DNA of 64,000 nucleotides from Sediminispirochaeta sp. (GTDB lineage Bacteria; Spirochaetota; Spirochaetia; B11-G9): NCBI GenBank assembly GCA_024763455.1, contig JANTFL010000002.1, positions 4,869 to 68,868 of the forward strand, read 5' to 3'. Shown piece by piece: positions 62,687 to 64,000 of this stretch (position 1 is its first letter; each line of letters starts with the position of its first letter). The notes under the pieces were generated by a model. It saw only the letters and a program-made list of their open reading frames with translations, ran no database searches and was not told where the DNA came from. The position numbers and the translations under genes were made by a program.

Positions 62687-62702
62687 AGCAATATTCGTGC
62701 CA
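62687..62702 (-). promoter_or_regulatory. Sigma-54 (-24/-12) promoter TGGCACGAATATTGCT
   Basis: The reverse complement of 62687-62702 reads TGGCAC-GAATA-TTGCT, an exact fit to TGGCAC-N5-TTGCW. It lies 32 nt upstream of the binding-protein ATG. An NtrC-type activator with GAFTGA is encoded in the same operon. Confidence 0.75.
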
Positions 62703-62772
62703 TTCTTAATTAAATAGCATTACAGCAGTTACCTTATTTTCATGTTTTAAAAAACAGGATATGCGGGTACCC

Positions 62773-62803
62773 TAGTATCCGCCTACTGGATACCATAGTA
62801 TCC
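62773..62803. promoter_or_regulatory. Candidate enhancer (UAS) dyads for the NtrC-type activator
   Basis: TAGTATCC (62773-62780) - gcctact - GGATAC (62788-62793) - cata - GTATCC (62798-62803). These are three half-sites in alternating orientation, 75-105 bp upstream of the -24 element. Palindrome GGGTACCC lies adjacent at 62764-62771. Confidence 0.35.
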
Positions 62804-62829
62804 AAATTTATACCGATATCACCATATTA

Positions 62830-62843
62830 TGTAACCGGTTACA
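62830..62843. promoter_or_regulatory. LacI-family-type operator, perfect palindrome TGTAACCGGTTACA
   Basis: 14-bp perfect dyad resembling the TGnAAnCGnTTnCA class. Lies upstream of the -35 of the kinase promoter. Confidence 0.5.
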
Positions 62844-62872
62844 CAATATATCATCCTTTAAACGCTAAAATA

Positions 62873-62901
62873 TTGACTTAAATAAAGATCCGGACTACTA
62901 T
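62873..62901 (+). promoter_or_regulatory. Putative sigma-70 promoter of the PfkB kinase gene
   Basis: TTGACT 62873-62878, 17-nt spacer, TACTAT 62896-62901. Confidence 0.45.
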
Positions 62902-62914
62902 GAATAAACAACTT

Positions 62915-62928
62915 TGTTACCGGTTACA
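62915..62928. promoter_or_regulatory. Second LacI-type operator TGTTACCGGTTACA (one mismatch to the first)
   Basis: Lies just downstream of the predicted transcription start. Centre-to-centre distance to the first operator is 85 bp. Confidence 0.45.
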
Positions 62929-62948
62929 TATGGTACACAGGAGCAGCC

Positions 62949-64000
62949 GTGAAAGATCCAGGAACTATAATGGCGGACTATCCCAAAACACACATTGCTG
63001 TTATCGGGGATATCTGCCTGGATACTTATTACTTTATAACAGATAAAAAGAGTGAAATCTCTGTCGAAACAGGTCTTAAAACCCGGTCCGTTTATGATTT
63101 CAAGCACAAAGCTGGTGGTGCGGGAAATGTTGCAGTCAACTTAAAAGTCCTTGGAGCAGGCAGGGTGGATATATACGGTGTTATCGGCAAAGACCCTTAC
63201 GGGAACACCTTACAAGAACTCCTTGAAAATTCGGGGGTAAACTGTAATCACATCCGTGTCCAGGGGGAAGGCTGGAGCACCCATGTATATCACAAGATAT
63301 ACAAGGAAGGAAAGGAAGAACCGAGATATGACATAGGGAACTTCAACATAGCAGAATCAGATACAATCACAACACTAATCAAAGACCTTGAATCAGGCAT
63401 AGAAGACTATCAGGCTGTTATAATTAACGAACAGATACCACAGGGCTATCACAACAAATTCTTTCAGGCTGCTTTGAACAGAATTATTGAGAAGTATGAA
63501 AACAAATGTATTTGGATTACCGATTCCCGCCATCTAAACGACAGGTACAATAGAACCATCCGCAAACTCAACATCCACGAAGCACTGGAGTTATACCGGG
63601 CCAGCAATGATTATGCACAGGAAAACCCTGATTATAACGAAGTAATTACATGGCTCTATTCCCGCTGGGGAAAGCCCGTAGTAGTAACCCTTGGCGAAGA
63701 CGGAGCAATTGCCATAAATAACGAAGGGAAGCTTTACTCTACCCCTGGAATAAACATAATTGGCCAGACAGATACGGTGGGAGCCGGGGATGCTTTTCTT
63801 GCCGGTTTTGCTTTAACGTTAGCTTCAGGCAGAACAATGGAGGAAGCACTTCGAATAGGCAACCTCAGTGCTGCCGTTTCAGTAACAAAGCTTTTTGAGA
63901 CCGGGCATCCAAAACCGGAAGAGATAATGAACCTCGGGGACTCTCCTGATTACAGATACAACCCCGAATTGGCAAATGATAAAAGAAAAGCTTTTTACCT
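62949..64000 (+). CDS. PfkB-family carbohydrate kinase (RfaE-domain-I-like), C-terminus cut by window edge
   Basis: Not in the ORF track because it has no stop in the window. My translation reads (V)KDPGTIMADYPKTHIAVIGDICLDTYYF...HKAGGAGNVAVNLKVLGAG...VGAGDAFLAGFAL. GTG 62949 lies 5 nt after AGGAG, and ATG 62970 is an alternative start. Confidence 0.8.
   Translation, partial: MKDPGTIMADYPKTHIAVIGDICLDTYYFITDKKSEISVETGLKTRSVYDFKHKAGGAGNVAVNLKVLGAGRVDIYGVIGKDPYGNTLQELLENSGVNCNHIRVQGEGWSTHVYHKIYKEGKEEPRYDIGNFNIAESDTITTLIKDLESGIEDYQAVIINEQIPQGYHNKFFQAALNRIIEKYENKCIWITDSRHLNDRYNRTIRKLNIHEALELYRASNDYAQENPDYNEVITWLYSRWGKPVVVTLGEDGAIAINNEGKLYSTPGINIIGQTDTVGAGDAFLAGFALTLASGRTMEEALRIGNLSAAVSVTKLFETGHPKPEEIMNLGDSPDYRYNPELANDKRKAFY

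Noticed and set aside
1-64000. Looked for defence-system or mobile-element hallmarks: CRISPR repeats, cas genes, restriction/modification genes, toxin-antitoxin pairs, reverse transcriptase, integrase/transposase, tRNA or rRNA genes.
   Set aside because: None was recognisable by eye in any frame or in the intergenic regions. The XRE-cupin regulator is paired with an acyl-CoA synthetase rather than a toxin. The only insertion-like signal is the 18-bp direct repeat reported as a finding.

Overview
This is a gene-dense 64-kb chromosomal segment with about 63 protein-coding genes. I found no rRNA, tRNA, CRISPR array, transposase, integrase or phage gene. Most of the content is housekeeping and signalling.

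Main content, in window order:
- A Mrp/Mbh-type multisubunit cation/proton antiporter module (1-4817, minus strand).
- A polar amino-acid ABC importer.
- xseAB, an RlpA/SPOR protein-ligA-methyltransferase operon, dnaE, yggT, recG, rsmD, rsgA, hisZ-hisG-hisB, rlmN, and a short 597-aa alaS.
- Three cytoplasmic or membrane sensor kinases (two of the HisKA_2 type), a single-domain response regulator and an MCP.
- A FliG paralogue located away from any flagellar genes.
- A sigma-54/NtrC-controlled sugar ABC uptake locus with a D-lyxose/D-mannose-isomerase-type cupin.

The short AlaRS without a C-Ala domain, the stand-alone FliG paralogue and the RlpA-SPOR protein suggest a Spirochaetota-like organism. 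That is inference, not proof.

Observations most worth a second look:
1. A NusG paralogue heads a translationally coupled cluster at 25312-31867. It encodes a CapD/PglF-type 4,6-dehydratase, a DegT aminotransferase and a three-subunit xanthine-dehydrogenase-like complex. By hand alignment the large subunit has lost all three molybdenum-cofactor/catalytic motifs, while the 2x[2Fe-2S] and FAD subunits look intact.
2. At least nine genes have good -35/-10 boxes ending only 5-12 nt before an ATG that lacks a Shine-Dalgarno. This implies leaderless or near-leaderless mRNAs, including alaS, dnaE, xseA, the NusG paralogue and the FliG paralogue.
3. A textbook sigma-54 promoter with upstream dyads drives the sugar ABC-kinase-NtrC-isomerase operon. 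It lies divergent from a PfkB kinase gene bracketed by two LacI-type palindromes.
4. An 18-bp perfect direct repeat brackets a visibly AT-rich lyase-like lipoprotein gene.
5. The FliG paralogue has a degenerate EHPQ motif and is coupled to a TM2-domain membrane protein.

All functional calls come from reading the translations and remembered family motifs. No database search was run.
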